The notes below the pieces were generated by a model. The model was not told where the DNA came from and made no database searches. It was given only the letters and a program-made list of their open reading frames with translations. Of a stretch of 64,000 nt of DNA, positions 8,786 to 19,797 are shown in pieces (the stretch's first letter is position 1; every line of letters begins with the position of its first letter). The stretch is from the NCBI GenBank assembly GCA_002428735.1, contig DIXO01000009.1:4108-68107 (forward strand). Direction: 5' to 3'. A program made the position numbers and the translations under genes. This DNA comes from Syntrophaceae bacterium UBA6078. GTDB lineage: Bacteria; Desulfobacterota; Syntrophia; Syntrophales; UBA2210.

Positions 8786-10342
8786 TCACCGGGGATAGCC
8801 GGTGATTTCCCTGATTCGCTTATAGAGAGGTTTCAGATGTTTGTACATTTTTTCGTAGACTTCGCGGTAGAGCCGATCATAGATCTCGTGGTTCTCCTGA
8901 TTTGGTTCGAATACCTCGCCCACATGCGTCATGGCTCTAACGGCGGATTCAAAATCGGTGTGCAGACCGAGGCCCACGGCGGTATCTATGGCTGCGCCGA
9001 GCCCCGATGTTTCATAGACGTGGGGCCGGGCGGTGGGCAAGCCGAAGATATCCGCCGCCGCACGCATGGCGTTTCTGCTCTGCGAGCCGCCGCCGGATAC
9101 GCGGAGGCTGGTGATGGGGATATGGGTCCGTTTCTCTATCCGCTCTTTCCCCTCTCTGAGGGCATACCCCAATCCCTCCAGGATGGCCCGGTAAAAATGT
9201 CCCTTCGTGTGCACATCGCCGAAGCCGATGATGGCTCCCTTGGCCTCCGGTCCGGGGAGCTTTAACCCCGGGGTCCAGTAGGGTTGCAACACCAGCCCCA
9301 TGGAGCCGGGGGGGATATCATCCACCATTTTGTCAAAGAGGGTTTCCGGCGTGACTCCCTGCCGGGACGCCTCCTGCTGTTCCTGATAACCGAATTCCCT
9401 GTTGAACCAGCTTACCATCCAGAACCCGCGGTAGATCTGCACCTCGATGGTATAATACCCCGGCACCGCGGACGGGTAGGGGGGGAGAATGGGAATCGGT
9501 TCCACGTACTTTTTGCTGGTGACATTGATAGTGGCGGTGGTGCTGAAACTGAGACAGCCGATGGAGGGATCGAGACTTCCCGAGCCGATCACCTCGCATG
9601 CCTTGTCCGTGGCCGCTGCTATGAGGGGAAGGCCTTCGGGAATGCCCGTTTCTTCGGCCGCCTTCCGGCTGATGCTCCCCAGCGGCTGGCCCGGCGGGAC
9701 GAGTTCCGGGAGCAGTTCACGCCCCACGGGAATCACTTTCCATTTCCAGTTCCAGTCGGAAGCCCAGCGCAGGCGCTTGTAGTCAAAAGGGATCATGGCG
9801 ACCTGGCAACCGATGGAATCGACGAATTCTCCCGTAAGGCGGTAGGTCAGATACCCGGAGAGGAGGAGGTATTTGTGTGTTTTTTTCCAGATATCGGGTT
9901 GATAGGTACGGATCCAGTTCGCCTCGGCCTCGGCCTGGAGGTAGGATACCGTGTCGCTGACGCGCCCGATCTTGAAGAGAAGGCCCCACAGCCCCCCCAG
10001 GGGGTGCAGTCCGTGGGTCTTGCGCTGATCCAGCCATATCATGGCGGGGCGGAGGGGCGTGCCGTTCAGGTCGACGTTGATGAGCGTGCTTCTCTGTGTC
10101 GTGATGGATACGCCGGCAATCCGCTCCCGGAATGGCCCTTCGTTCCATAATTCCTGACAGGCCCGGCAGAGGGCGTCCCAGAATACGGCGGGGTCCTGCT
10201 CCGCCCATCCGGGCTGCTCCGAATAGTAGGGTTCAAAGATGACCTGACGGCGCGCCACCAGTTCCCCGTTCAAGTCGAAGAGGAGGGCTTTCAGGCTCTG
10301 CGTTCCGTTATCGATGGAGAGAAGGAGATCTCGGTTATCCAT
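8786..10342 (-). CDS. FGGY-family carbohydrate kinase (xylulokinase/glycerol kinase-like)
   Basis: The N-terminal [17 protein letters not shown] matches the FGGY phosphate-1 motif. The 518-aa length and the C-terminal GGGSQS motif also fit. Confidence 0.85.
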   Translation of the reverse strand: MDNRDLLLSIDNGTQSLKALLFDLNGELVARRQVIFEPYYSEQPGWAEQDPAVFWDALCRACQELWNEGPFRERIAGVSITTQRSTLINVDLNGTPLRPAMIWLDQRKTHGLHPLGGLWGLLFKIGRVSDTVSYLQAEAEANWIRTYQPDIWKKTHKYLLLSGYLTYRLTGEFVDSIGCQVAMIPFDYKRLRWASDWNWKWKVIPVGRELLPELVPPGQPLGSISRKAAEETGIPEGLPLIAAATDKACEVIGSGSLDPSIGCLSFSTTATINVTSKKYVEPIPILPPYPSAVPGYYTIEVQIYRGFWMVSWFNREFGYQEQQEASRQGVTPETLFDKMVDDIPPGSMGLVLQPYWTPGLKLPGPEAKGAIIGFGDVHTKGHFYRAILEGLGYALREGKERIEKRTHIPITSLRVSGGGSQSRNAMRAAADIFGLPTARPHVYETSGLGAAIDTAVGLGLHTDFESAVRAMTHVGEVFEPNQENHEIYDRLYREVYEKMYKHLKPLYKRIREITGYPR

Positions 10343-10386
10343 GGCATACTCCCAATGCTGATGTTGTTCTCCTTCCTTCCGAACAG

Positions 10387-11247
10387 TCAGGACGATTCAT
10401 CGTGTGATTCTTCCTCTATGAAAGCAAGGACGTGCCGGTATACCTCTTTCCTCGGCACGTTCATTTCCTCCGAGAGCGCATTGATGATATCGCGGGTGGA
10501 GGATGCGGAATCTTTGCGCGTCTCGTGGAACCGCGCCCGTATCTCTTCGGGTGAAACGGTCGAACGGTCGGCATCGGCTCCCGAAGCCACGATCGTGATC
10601 TCCCCCTTAACCCGTTTTCCTCGGAAGGATTCGATGATTTCATCGGCGGTGCCGCGCAGTGTCTCTTCGTACAGCTTTGTCAATTCTCTCGATACGGCAA
10701 TCTGCCTCTCCCCGAGGATCTCCCGGATATCCTCCAGGGCGGAGACGAGCCGGTTGGGAGATTCATAGAAGACCATGGTTTTCGGTTCCTCTCGCACCGA
10801 TTCGAGGAACTGTCTTCTCTTCGTGCGGCGGGAGGGAAGGAACCCGAAGAAGACGAAGCTGTCCATGGGAAGGCCGGAGGCATTGAGAGCGGCAACGGCG
10901 GCAACCGGCCCGGGGACCGGAATGATCTTAATGGACTGGGCGATGGCGTGATTGACGAAGAGGTATCCCGGATCTGATATCCCCGGAGTCCCCGCGTCCG
11001 ATACGTAGGCAATATCGGTCCCTTCACGCAGCCTGGATATGAGGTATTCGCTCTTTTTCAGTTCATTGTGATCGTGGAGGCTGGTCAGAGGCGTGTCAAT
11101 CCCGTGGGCATCGAGGAGCACTCTTGTTCTCCGGGTGTCTTCCGCCGCAATCATCCCCACTTCCTTGAGGACGCGGATGGCCCGGAGCGTGATGTCCTCC
11201 AGATTACCGATGGGGGTGGCGACGATATACAGGGTTCCTTGTTTCAT
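10387..11247 (-). CDS. rsmI: 16S rRNA (cytidine1402-2'-O)-methyltransferase
   Basis: [27 protein letters not shown]...IAAEDTRRT is the conserved RsmI tetrapyrrole-methylase-like N-terminus. Confidence 0.9.
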   Translation of the reverse strand: MKQGTLYIVATPIGNLEDITLRAIRVLKEVGMIAAEDTRRTRVLLDAHGIDTPLTSLHDHNELKKSEYLISRLREGTDIAYVSDAGTPGISDPGYLFVNHAIAQSIKIIPVPGPVAAVAALNASGLPMDSFVFFGFLPSRRTKRRQFLESVREEPKTMVFYESPNRLVSALEDIREILGERQIAVSRELTKLYEETLRGTADEIIESFRGKRVKGEITIVASGADADRSTVSPEEIRARFHETRKDSASSTRDIINALSEEMNVPRKEVYRHVLAFIEEESHDESS

Positions 11248-11259
11248 GGCGATTCGATA

Positions 11260-11658
11260 TCACAGGCTCAAGTCGAAGGCGTTTCGTATCAGCGTTACCC
11301 GGTTTCCCTGGGGGGTGAAGCGTATGGCCACCACATCGAATCTCGCGTTATGGTCGGTGAGCCCTCTTTCCTGCAGGTAGCGCAGCGCCGTCCGGGAGAT
11401 TTTTTTCTGCTTGTCAGCTCCGATGGCTTCTTCGGGGGACCCGAAGATATCCGATTCTCTTCCCTTGACCTCGACAAAGGCCACGTCCTGTTTGTCCATG
11501 GCGATAATGTCGATCTCTCCATACCGGCACCGGTAATTTCTCTCGATGATCCGATACCCCTCCTTTTTCAGACAGGCGACAGCCGCATCCTCTCCCTTGA
11601 TCCCCTTTACTCTGTTAGCTGACCTTGAAGGACCGCCTGTGGATCTTGCATCGGCCAT
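11260..11658 (-). CDS. yraN: YraN-family (UPF0102) endonuclease-like protein
   Basis: Contains GEDAAVACLKKEGYRIIERNYRCRYGEIDIIAMD...AFVEVKGR. It sits downstream of rnhB, as in many genomes. Confidence 0.8.
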   Translation of the reverse strand: MADARSTGGPSRSANRVKGIKGEDAAVACLKKEGYRIIERNYRCRYGEIDIIAMDKQDVAFVEVKGRESDIFGSPEEAIGADKQKKISRTALRYLQERGLTDHNARFDVVAIRFTPQGNRVTLIRNAFDLSL

Positions 11659-12199
11659 ATTCTTTCAGGGCCTCCCGATGTTCCTTTGTGCCGTATCCCT
11701 TGTTTTTCAAGAAGTTATACTGAGGATACAGGGTATGATACCTGTCCATGATCTGATCTCTGGATACCTTTGCTATAATGGACGCGGCAGCCACGGAAAG
11801 ACTGAGGGAATCACCCCCGATGATCGTCTCCTGGGCAATGGACGTGTTGATGGTATGTATTCCGTCTATGAGGATGTAATCGGGCTGGGGGGAGAGGTTT
11901 GAAACGGCTGTCAGCATGGCGGACAAAGTTGCCTGCAGGATATTCATCCTGTCGATAGAGGCGGCGTCTACGATCCCCAGACCGGCGGAGACCGCCTCAT
12001 TTCGTATTGTTGTGTACAGGGATTCGCGCTTCCGGGGAGTCAGCTCCTTTGAATCTCTGATCTCCCCGTTGATATAATCCGGAGGGAAAATGACTGCCGC
12101 GGCAACAACGGGACCAGCGAGGGGACCTCTCCCGGCCTCGTCAACGCCGGCGATAGCGCTGAAACCGCGCCGGCGGGCGCGCAGTTCGAATTGATGCAT
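11615..12199 (-). CDS. rnhB: ribonuclease HII
   Basis: Contains IAGVDEAGRGPLAGPVVAAAV and DSKELTPRKRE, the RNase HII catalytic motifs. Confidence 0.9.
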   Translation of the reverse strand: MHQFELRARRRGFSAIAGVDEAGRGPLAGPVVAAAVIFPPDYINGEIRDSKELTPRKRESLYTTIRNEAVSAGLGIVDAASIDRMNILQATLSAMLTAVSNLSPQPDYILIDGIHTINTSIAQETIIGGDSLSLSVAAASIIAKVSRDQIMDRYHTLYPQYNFLKNKGYGTKEHREALKEYGRCKIHRRSFKVS

Positions 12200-12200
12200 C

Positions 12201-12548
12201 TCACCTTCTGCCCAGTTCCTTTATCCGTGCCTTTTTGCCTTTGAGGCCTCTCAGATAATACAGCCTCGACTGGCGTACTTTGCCTCTCATAACTACTTCT
12301 ATCTTGTCGATAATGGGGGAATGAAGAGGAAAGGTCCTTTCTACGCCGACGCCTGAAGATATCTTCCGCACGGTGAAGGTGGCGCGGTTCTGCCCCGCTC
12401 TCTTGCGTATGACGGAACCCTGAAATACCTGGATTCGCTCCTTTTGTCCTTCAACGATCTTTACGTGTACCTTCACGGTGTCACCCGGCCTGAAGCCGGG
12501 AATATCCATTCGCATTTGTTCTTTTTCAATGTTATCGAGAACATTCAT
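12201..12548 (-). CDS. rplS: 50S ribosomal protein L19
   Basis: Contains [44 protein letters not shown] chose the ATG at 12548, which gives the normal L19 length of about 115 aa. Confidence 0.9.
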   Translation of the reverse strand: MNVLDNIEKEQMRMDIPGFRPGDTVKVHVKIVEGQKERIQVFQGSVIRKRAGQNRATFTVRKISSGVGVERTFPLHSPIIDKIEVVMRGKVRQSRLYYLRGLKGKKARIKELGRR

Positions 12549-12592
12549 AATAAAAAATCCTCCTCTAGCATAGCATATTGATTGATAGTTTG

Positions 12593-13156
12593 TTAGTGTC
12601 TGCACAGCCTGTCCAGCAGGACGGCCGCTGCCGACCTGACGGACAGGTGATTGTAATCGGAATTGCCCCGTATCGGTTCCACGGAGAAGTCCGCTTTTTC
12701 AAGAACATCTTCGGCTATCCCCCATCCCGTTCCAAAGAGAATGAGAAATGCATCGCCGCTCTGAGATATCTTTCCCCTCACATCATCACAGCTCAGGGAA
12801 GTCCCCCGTGATGCGGCGCTTGTGGCCACCACATGGACCCGGCCCTCGGTTTCTTCTGAGACAGTAGCTATGACATCGTCAAGCGTATCTGCCACCCTCA
12901 CGATGCCGAAGGCTTCTTTACGGGAAGGGTTGTAGGTGGCGCCATACCCTTTCTGCCAGTGACTCAGAATACGTTCTACGAACTGTTTCTGTTTTTCTAT
13001 GGGCGTTACAATATAAAACCGTTTTACGCCGTAGGTCCGGGCGGCACGTGAGATGTCGTGAATATCCATGTTGGTTACCGCTGTTGTCACGATCTCTCCC
13101 CGTTTGTTGTAGACGGGGTAATGTAAAAGAGCAATGTAGAGGTTTCCGGTGCTCAT
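12593..13156 (-). CDS. predicted SPOUT-like RNA methyltransferase (conserved gene between trmD and rplS)
   Basis: 187 aa. The N-terminus [38 protein letters not shown] matches my recollection of the Methyltrn_RNA_4-type family. The assignment is from memory only. Confidence 0.55.
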   Translation of the reverse strand: MSTGNLYIALLHYPVYNKRGEIVTTAVTNMDIHDISRAARTYGVKRFYIVTPIEKQKQFVERILSHWQKGYGATYNPSRKEAFGIVRVADTLDDVIATVSEETEGRVHVVATSAASRGTSLSCDDVRGKISQSGDAFLILFGTGWGIAEDVLEKADFSVEPIRGNSDYNHLSVRSAAAVLLDRLCRH

Positions 13157-13902
13157 GATGAAGAGTCCGAGCCTTCCGCCCCCAGCTTTTCAAGGATTCT
13201 TCTATCTTCTTCTGCAAGATCGGCGTGTTCGAGCAGGTCCGGTCTCCTCTGCAGGGTTCGTCTGAGGGATTCTCTCCGCCGCCATTCGTCTATTTTCTTC
13301 TGGTGTCCCGAAAGGAGAATATCGGGAACCTTCCATCCCTCGTACTCCCGGGGCTTCGTGTAATGGGGTCCTTCCAGAAGGCCGGTCGAAAAAGAGTCGT
13401 GCAGGACCGATTGGCTGTTGCCCATAAAGCCCGGCACAAGACGGGAGACCGCATCGACTAAAATCATGGCGGGCAATTCCCCCCCGCTCAGGACATAATC
13501 ACCTATCGATATTTCACGATCAACCAGATGCTCCCTGACTCGTTCGTCTATCCCCTCGTAGTGCCCGCATATGAGGATGATCCGTGAGCAACGGGAGAGT
13601 TCCTCCGCGACCTTCTGCCGGAACGGTTCCCCCTGCGGTGACAGAAGAATAACAGATGCCTTGTCTCGGTCAGGGACAAGAGCATGAAGAGAACGCGCGA
13701 CCGGCTCCACCTTCATGACCATGCCGCCGCCGCCCCCGTACGGGGTATCGTCCGTCGTCCTGTGTTTGTCGATGGCGTAATCCCTGATATTATGAAGATT
13801 TACTTCGACGATTCCCCTGTCTGTCGATTTTTTTAAGAGACTGCTGCCCAGGGGGGAGTGAAACATCTCCGGAAAGACAGACAGGATATCAAAGGTGATC
13901 AT
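13153..13902 (-). CDS. trmD: tRNA (guanine37-N1)-methyltransferase
   Basis: Contains [26 protein letters not shown] and [12 protein letters not shown], the canonical TrmD motifs. Confidence 0.92.
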   Translation of the reverse strand: MITFDILSVFPEMFHSPLGSSLLKKSTDRGIVEVNLHNIRDYAIDKHRTTDDTPYGGGGGMVMKVEPVARSLHALVPDRDKASVILLSPQGEPFRQKVAEELSRCSRIILICGHYEGIDERVREHLVDREISIGDYVLSGGELPAMILVDAVSRLVPGFMGNSQSVLHDSFSTGLLEGPHYTKPREYEGWKVPDILLSGHQKKIDEWRRRESLRRTLQRRPDLLEHADLAEEDRRILEKLGAEGSDSSS

Positions 13903-13903
13903 T

Positions 13904-14398
13904 CTACAGCCCTTCGGGGAGCCTCACGACCATGAGGCCTTTTCCAATGTCGATCTCTCGTACCACGTCATCGAATGCGGGGATGAGGATCTCCCGCTCG
14001 CCGCCGCTGCAGACATAGACATCGTTACTTACCGTCGGCAGAACTGCCGTTATAGTGCCCAGTTTCAGGCCGCTTTCCGTCACAATATCGAGTCCTATGA
14101 TGTCTTTCCAGTAGTACTCGCCGTCCGGCAGCCGCTCCGGCGAAATAAAGACGGATTGCCCCACCAGTTCACTGGCTGTCTGTATAGTATCAACCCCTTC
14201 AAGTTCGAGGGCGAAAGAGCCGCCTTTGACGCGAAGATATCTCACGTTGAACGAGGATACGTGCGCCCTGTCTTCTCCGACAAAAACACGCGCCGGAGTT
14301 TTGAGCTCCCCTTTTGATTCACGATATGAAAGAACCTTAAGCCGGCCTTTCAGGCCGCTGGATTTAACGATTTTCCCTATCTCAAGCAGGTCATTCAC
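13904..14398 (-). CDS. rimM: 16S rRNA processing protein RimM
   Basis: 164 aa. The N-terminus [16 protein letters not shown] and its position between the KH-protein gene and trmD both fit RimM. Confidence 0.85.
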   Translation of the reverse strand: MNDLLEIGKIVKSSGLKGRLKVLSYRESKGELKTPARVFVGEDRAHVSSFNVRYLRVKGGSFALELEGVDTIQTASELVGQSVFISPERLPDGEYYWKDIIGLDIVTESGLKLGTITAVLPTVSNDVYVCSGGEREILIPAFDDVVREIDIGKGLMVVRLPEGL

Positions 14399-14653
14399 TT
14401 ATTCTATAATTTCGAGGACCGCCCTTTTGTGCAGCTTTGATGAAGCCGCGCTCAGAATGGTCCTCATTGCCTTCGCGGTTTTCCCCTGTTTTCCTATGAC
14501 CTTCCCCAAGTCATCCTTCGCAACCCGCAGTTCAATCACAGAAGTCTGCTCGCCGATCACCTCGGTGCAATCCACATCTTCAGGATGATCTACCAAAGCC
14601 TGAGCCATATACTTGACCAATTCTTTCATCGCAGCACCCCTCCCCGTGATCAT
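14399..14653 (-). CDS. KH-domain RNA-binding protein (YlqC/UPF0109)
   Basis: 84 aa containing [26 protein letters not shown], a GxxG KH motif. It occupies the standard position after rpsP. Confidence 0.8.
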   Translation of the reverse strand: MITGRGAAMKELVKYMAQALVDHPEDVDCTEVIGEQTSVIELRVAKDDLGKVIGKQGKTAKAMRTILSAASSKLHKRAVLEIIE

Positions 14654-14694
14654 TAGAATAAGTAAGATGAAGATGGTTCCGTACTACCCAAAAC

Positions 14695-14970
14695 CTATGC
14701 CTGCGTTTTTTTTGCTTCTTCTGTCTTCGCTATGAGCCCCTTCTTTTTCAGGAGGCTTAATACCGTCTGTGTGGGTTTGGCCCCCCTGGACATCCAGTCC
14801 GCCACCCGGTCTTCCTTGAAGGTTATCTCGGCAGGGTCCGTCAACGGGTTGTAATTTCCCACTATTTCAATGAACCTTCCATCCCTCGGCGCTTCGCTGT
14901 CAGCCACGACGATCCGGTAAAACGGTCTCTTTTTTGCGCCCATTCGTGTCAATCGTATTTTAACTGCCAT
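14695..14970 (-). CDS. rpsP: 30S ribosomal protein S16
   Basis: Begins [36 protein letters not shown] chose the ATG at 14970. Confidence 0.9.
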   Translation of the reverse strand: MAVKIRLTRMGAKKRPFYRIVVADSEAPRDGRFIEIVGNYNPLTDPAEITFKEDRVADWMSRGAKPTQTVLSLLKKKGLIAKTEEAKKTQA

Positions 14971-15031
14971 TCCAGTGATTATCACCTCCCGATATTTTGG
15001 ATTAAGTTTGTTTATTATCACATGTTTTCTT

Positions 15032-16366
15032 TTATTTAAAGGGTAAATTTCCTCTCATCATCGATTTCATGCCGCCCTTCGACAACTTTTTCATCATTTT
15101 TCTCATCTCAATATAGTTTTTGAGAACCGTGTTTACATCCTGTACCGTGGTGCCGCTCCCCCGGGCGATTCGTTTTCTCCTCTGGCCGTTTATGATTTTG
15201 TAATTGAGGCGTTCCTGTTCCGTCATGGAATCAATGATAGCGGTTGTCTTCACCAGTTCGCGCGCATCCGGCGTGGCGTTTTTCAGGGCCTTTATCTTTC
15301 CGAGACCGGGAATCATCCCGATAATATCCTGAAGCGATCCCATTTTCTGTATCTGCCCCAGCTGCTTTTTCAGGTCGTTCAAGGTGAATGAATCCTTCCT
15401 GATCTTCCGTTCGAGATCCCGGGCGGTCTTCTCATCCATCGCCGTCTGGGCCTTTTCGACCAGGGTCAGAATGTCGCCCATGCCGAGAATCCTGGACGCC
15501 ATGCGTTCGGGGTGAAATACTTCCAGTGCGTCGCTCTTCTCGCCCATCCCGATGAACTTGACCGGCTTCCCCGTTACCTTCTTCAGTGACAGAGCGGCTC
15601 CCCCGCGGGCGTCGCCGTCCATCTTTGTCAGAACAACGCCGTCTATGGCGAGCAGGGCATCAAATTTTTCGGCCACCGACACGGCATCCTGCCCGGTCAT
15701 GGCATCGGCGACAAAGAGTATCTCGGCTGGATTGACGGCATCCTTGATCCGTTTCAATTCGTCCATCAGTTCGTCATCGATATGGAGCCGGCCGGCAGTG
15801 TCGATGATCAGGGTGTCAAAGCCGTTCGCTTTTCCGTGTTCGACGGCGTCGACGCAGATCCTCACGGGATCGCTCTGGCCATGTGAGTCGTACACGTTCA
15901 CTCCCGTCCTGTCACCCAGTACCCGCAGCTGCTCGATGGCGGCGGGGCGGTAGACGTCCGCGGAAACCAGAGAGACCCGGCGGTCCCTGTTTTTCAGGTA
16001 ACGGGCGAGCTTCGCAGCGGTGGTTGTCTTGCCGCATCCCTGAAGACCCACCAGCATGACGGGGGCGGGGAACCGGTTGGAGAGGTTCAGGTGGCTGCTT
16101 TCGGCCCCCATCAGTTCGATAAGTCTGTCGTGGACGATTTTGACGATCTGCTGTCCAGGGGTTATGCTGTCCAGAACTTCCCGGCCGACCGCACGCTGGC
16201 TCACATCTTCGATGAACTCCTTCGTCACCCGGAAATTGACGTCCGCCTCGAGCAGCGCCATACGGATGCTTTTCATGGCTGTCGCGACGGTTTCTTCGTC
16301 GAGCATGCCCCGTCCCTTCAGTTTTTTGAAGATGGCGTCCAGTTTCTCGGTGAGATTTTCAAACAT
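15032..16366 (-). CDS. ffh: signal recognition particle protein Ffh
   Basis: The GTPase motifs [15 protein letters not shown] and [10 protein letters not shown] are present, along with a Met-rich C-terminal M domain. Confidence 0.95.
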   Translation of the reverse strand: MFENLTEKLDAIFKKLKGRGMLDEETVATAMKSIRMALLEADVNFRVTKEFIEDVSQRAVGREVLDSITPGQQIVKIVHDRLIELMGAESSHLNLSNRFPAPVMLVGLQGCGKTTTAAKLARYLKNRDRRVSLVSADVYRPAAIEQLRVLGDRTGVNVYDSHGQSDPVRICVDAVEHGKANGFDTLIIDTAGRLHIDDELMDELKRIKDAVNPAEILFVADAMTGQDAVSVAEKFDALLAIDGVVLTKMDGDARGGAALSLKKVTGKPVKFIGMGEKSDALEVFHPERMASRILGMGDILTLVEKAQTAMDEKTARDLERKIRKDSFTLNDLKKQLGQIQKMGSLQDIIGMIPGLGKIKALKNATPDARELVKTTAIIDSMTEQERLNYKIINGQRRKRIARGSGTTVQDVNTVLKNYIEMRKMMKKLSKGGMKSMMRGNLPFK

Positions 16367-16372
16367 GGCCGT

Positions 16373-17029
16373 TTATTCCGATTCTCTGTTCTTGATGATC
16401 AGACACTTGATCCCCTTTATCTCTCCTTCCACACGGGACGCAGCCGTTCTGGCCTCATCGTATGTGGCAAAGCCCTGGAGCTTTAAACGGAACCATCTTC
16501 CGCTGGACTGGAGATTGATCTCATCCACCCGAGGCGTGTACCCCAGCTGGGACAGCCGCTCTCCCAATGTCCCCGTCATGGTTTTATCTCTGAAAGATGC
16601 CACCTGAACCGTGTAGGGGTCGTCCCCCTGTTTTCTTTCAGGGGAAGACGCACCAAGGGAAGGCGCCTTCGCGGGTGTGAAAGTTTCGTGTGTGTCTGAT
16701 TCCCCGGTTTTTTTTAATGTTTCGTAGAAGGTGAATTCGACCTTTTCTTCTTTCTGAACCGTATCCGGTGCGGGATCGCGGGGGGTCTCGTTGGAAGCGA
16801 TGGTGCTCCCATCCGCCCGGTCTGGTTCGGTTTCCACCCGTTCCGTGATTGTTTTTCTTATGACGTTCGGTATGCCCCTGGCGATCTTTTCCGGATAACT
16901 CTCAATGTTTTTCCCCACCATCACCCCGCAGACAAAGGAAAAGAGCAAAACCAGGGCGATGACAAAGGTGAAGAACACCAGGCCGGATCTGCCCAGTTTG
17001 AATGCGAACTCTCCGGTTTTCTGCGCCAT
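16373..17029 (-). CDS. SPOR-domain membrane protein
   Basis: It has an N-terminal TM helix, a low-complexity linker and a C-terminal SPOR-like repeat (YTVQVASFRDK...WFRLKLQGFATYDEA). Confidence 0.7.
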   Translation of the reverse strand: MAQKTGEFAFKLGRSGLVFFTFVIALVLLFSFVCGVMVGKNIESYPEKIARGIPNVIRKTITERVETEPDRADGSTIASNETPRDPAPDTVQKEEKVEFTFYETLKKTGESDTHETFTPAKAPSLGASSPERKQGDDPYTVQVASFRDKTMTGTLGERLSQLGYTPRVDEINLQSSGRWFRLKLQGFATYDEARTAASRVEGEIKGIKCLIIKNRESE

Positions 17030-17072
17030 CGTCTTCCCTTTGTTACGGATCTGAACCCTGGACGCTCAATCC

Positions 17073-18737
17073 TCACATACGCTCTGGAGCGGAAACGCCC
17101 AATAGTCTCAGAGCGTTTCGTATTACTATGCCGGTGGATTTGATTAAAAACAACCTCGCCTGTGTCAATGCGATGTTGTCGGAGACGACCTTGTGCTTAT
17201 TGTAAAAGCTGTGAAAAACGGAGGCAAGGTCATTGATGTAGTACGGTATGCGATGGGGTTCAAGGGCCTGCGCGCTTCCCTCGACGATCTCCGGAAAGGT
17301 GTCGATCATCTTGATAAGTTCGTGTTCCTCAGGTGCGGCAAGGAGATCGAGACTGATGTCTCCGTAGACCGGAATCCGATGTCCCTGTTCCACGGCGTTT
17401 CTCATGATGCTGCAGATTCTGGCATGGGCGTACTGCACGTAATAGACCGGATTTTCGTTGGACTGCGCCTTGGCGATTTCCAGATCGAAGTCGAGGTGGC
17501 TGTTGGATCTCCGCATCAGGAAATTGTACCGGGCCGCGTCTCTCCCCACCTCGTCGGTTACCTCGCGTATGGTGACGAATTCACCCGCCCTGGTGGACAT
17601 GGGGACGGGCACTCCTCCCCTCAGGAGGTTCACCAGTTGGACCAGGACAACGTCGAGATCTTCCTTCTTTCTGCCCAGGGCCTGAACGCAGGCCTGCATT
17701 CTCGGTATATACCCGTGATGGTCCGCCCCCCATACATTGATGATCCGGTCAAACCCCCGCTCGTACTTGTTGAGGTGATAGGCGATATCGGCCGCAAAAT
17801 AGGTGGGATCGCCGTTTCCTCTGACTACGACCCGATCCTTCTCGTCGCCGAAGTCGGTTGTCTTGAACCACAGCGTCCCCTCTTCTTCGTAAATGAATCT
17901 CTCGTTCCGAAGTTTCTCTATGATTTTAGACACTTTATTATCTCGGTACAGTTCCTTTTCGCTGAAATAGCGGTCAAAGACCACTCCCAGTGTTTCCAGG
18001 TCTTCTTTGATCCCTTCGAGGATCGATCCGGCCGCGTAATCCGTCATGAAAGGGACCGCTGCTTCTTTTCCTGATTTGAGAAATGTGTCTCCGTATGTAT
18101 CGCGTACCTCCCGGGCAAGATCGGTGATGTATGCCCCCTGATAACAGGTTTCGGGAAAGGAGATCGTTTCTCCCATCAGTCCCAGATACCGGTAGTAGAC
18201 GGATTCTCCCAGTGTGTTCATCTGGTTGCCGGCGTCGTTTATGTAATATTCCCGGGAAACGGAGAATCCCGATGCCCGGAGAATGCCGGCGATCACATCT
18301 CCGATGACGGCGCCTCTGGCGTGCCCTATGTGGAGGGGCCCCGTTGGGTTAGCGCTGACAAATTCGACCTGGATCTTGGAACCCATTCCCATGGCTGATT
18401 GACCGTATTTGTCTCCGAGAGCGTCCACTTCCTTCAGGAGAGCCGCCCATGCGCTGCCCTTGATAAAAAAGTTGATAAACCCGGGTCCGGCTATTTCCAC
18501 CTTGTCAAGGATCTTGGCGCTGTCATCAATGCTCTCGACGATAGATTCGGCTATCTTACGGGGGGGGCGCCGCTGTCCTGACGCGAGCATCATGGCGATA
18601 TTGGATGCGTAATCGCCATGAGCGCCTTCCCGCGGAAGCTCCACTTCTATGGAGGGGATGACCGTCTCATGCAGAGTCCCTTGTGTAAAACAAGAATAGA
18701 TTGCTTTTTCAAGCAGTTCAGTAAGTTTCTTTTTCAT
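17073..18737 (-). CDS. argS: arginine--tRNA ligase
   Basis: Contains [17 protein letters not shown] (HIGH motif), the Add-1 N-domain and a DALR anticodon-binding C-terminus. I chose the start [11 protein letters not shown] at 18737. Confidence 0.92.
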   Translation of the reverse strand: MKKKLTELLEKAIYSCFTQGTLHETVIPSIEVELPREGAHGDYASNIAMMLASGQRRPPRKIAESIVESIDDSAKILDKVEIAGPGFINFFIKGSAWAALLKEVDALGDKYGQSAMGMGSKIQVEFVSANPTGPLHIGHARGAVIGDVIAGILRASGFSVSREYYINDAGNQMNTLGESVYYRYLGLMGETISFPETCYQGAYITDLAREVRDTYGDTFLKSGKEAAVPFMTDYAAGSILEGIKEDLETLGVVFDRYFSEKELYRDNKVSKIIEKLRNERFIYEEEGTLWFKTTDFGDEKDRVVVRGNGDPTYFAADIAYHLNKYERGFDRIINVWGADHHGYIPRMQACVQALGRKKEDLDVVLVQLVNLLRGGVPVPMSTRAGEFVTIREVTDEVGRDAARYNFLMRRSNSHLDFDLEIAKAQSNENPVYYVQYAHARICSIMRNAVEQGHRIPVYGDISLDLLAAPEEHELIKMIDTFPEIVEGSAQALEPHRIPYYINDLASVFHSFYNKHKVVSDNIALTQARLFLIKSTGIVIRNALRLLGVSAPERM

Positions 18738-19226
18738 ATCAGCTCTTCTCTGCAGTATAGAAAACGAAAAAGTTGGCCCTGAGGCCAACCTTTTGAATGG
18801 AGGTAGAATGGCGCACTTCTATATGGTTTTGCTCTTCCCTGTCAACTCCGTTTTTGTTCGGTTTGTTCTATCTTGTCTATATCCGCGTCTTTGATAGCAA
18901 GATCTCTTGTAAAATCAGGGCAGTGGACCCTCCCGCTGGAATCCTTCTGAACGGAAAACCGTTTTGCGCATGTCCCCCTCCACGCACATATGGAGCAGTA
19001 TCTCTTCTCTGTACCCATGAGTTCCTTCCTTTCTGCTCTTCATTTTTTCACGTTTGTTGCCGAATATATATATGTACAATTTTCAAGTCAAGAATTTTCG
19101 CCGATTCCGCTGTCCAGAGCCGCTGGTTACGGCTTTTTTCTCCTCTTATCGCCGATGAAAATGATTGACATGGAGACTCATTTCCTGTATATTTTCAAAT
19201 ATATATTGAACGGTGGTACCCGTAGC

Positions 19227-19760
19227 ATGAAAAAACTGACTGTGATCATTATAGTGCTCTTTGCGTTTCTGGCGGTCCCCGCCAGCGGCAACGCATCATA
19301 TCGCATTCTGCTGAAAAATGGAGGAGAATTCAAGACAACCCGGTACTGGAAGGAAGGAAGTCAGATACGGTTTGACGTATATGGCGGGGTTGCGGGGATT
19401 CAAAAAGATTCGGTGAGAAAGATAGAGAAGGTGGTGGCCCCGGCAACCACCGTATATGCTAAGCAGCCCATTGATCAAAAAGCCGCGCACGGGTCGCTGG
19501 ATAAAGAGGGTCTCGGTAATGAGAAGAAGCAGGAAAAAGTGGATATCGCTCAGTACCTGGAGAAAAAGGATCGTCTAACCGACGAGCTTGCCCGGGCCAT
19601 CGAGAATGTCAGAAAAGCAGTGAGCGGTAGAGAACCGGAGGCCAAGAAACGGGCTGAGGGTGAAATGAGAAGACTCTCAGGTGAAATAACCGCCCTTACG
19701 GAAGAGGTGAAGGAAAAGAATGATGGAAAGCTCCCCGAAGGGTGGATGACGGAACGGTAG
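19227..19760 (+). CDS. secreted hypothetical protein with a charged C-terminal coiled coil
   Basis: MKKLTVIIIVLFAFLAVPASGNA is a signal peptide. The upstream extension back to 18990 lies in an AT-rich region and looks non-coding. Confidence 0.55.
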   Translation: MKKLTVIIIVLFAFLAVPASGNASYRILLKNGGEFKTTRYWKEGSQIRFDVYGGVAGIQKDSVRKIEKVVAPATTVYAKQPIDQKAAHGSLDKEGLGNEKKQEKVDIAQYLEKKDRLTDELARAIENVRKAVSGREPEAKKRAEGEMRRLSGEITALTEEVKEKNDGKLPEGWMTER

Positions 19761-19797
19761 GGCGCCGGCCACAGCCATCATGAGGCACGGCGATTCT

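Noticed and set aside
18797-19226. ORFs in the AT-rich gap (123 aa at 18797-19168, and the N-terminal extension of the 18990-19760 ORF).
   Set aside because: They have Phe/Leu/Ser/Cys-rich composition typical of AT-rich non-coding DNA. A proper signal peptide begins at the internal ATG at 19227.
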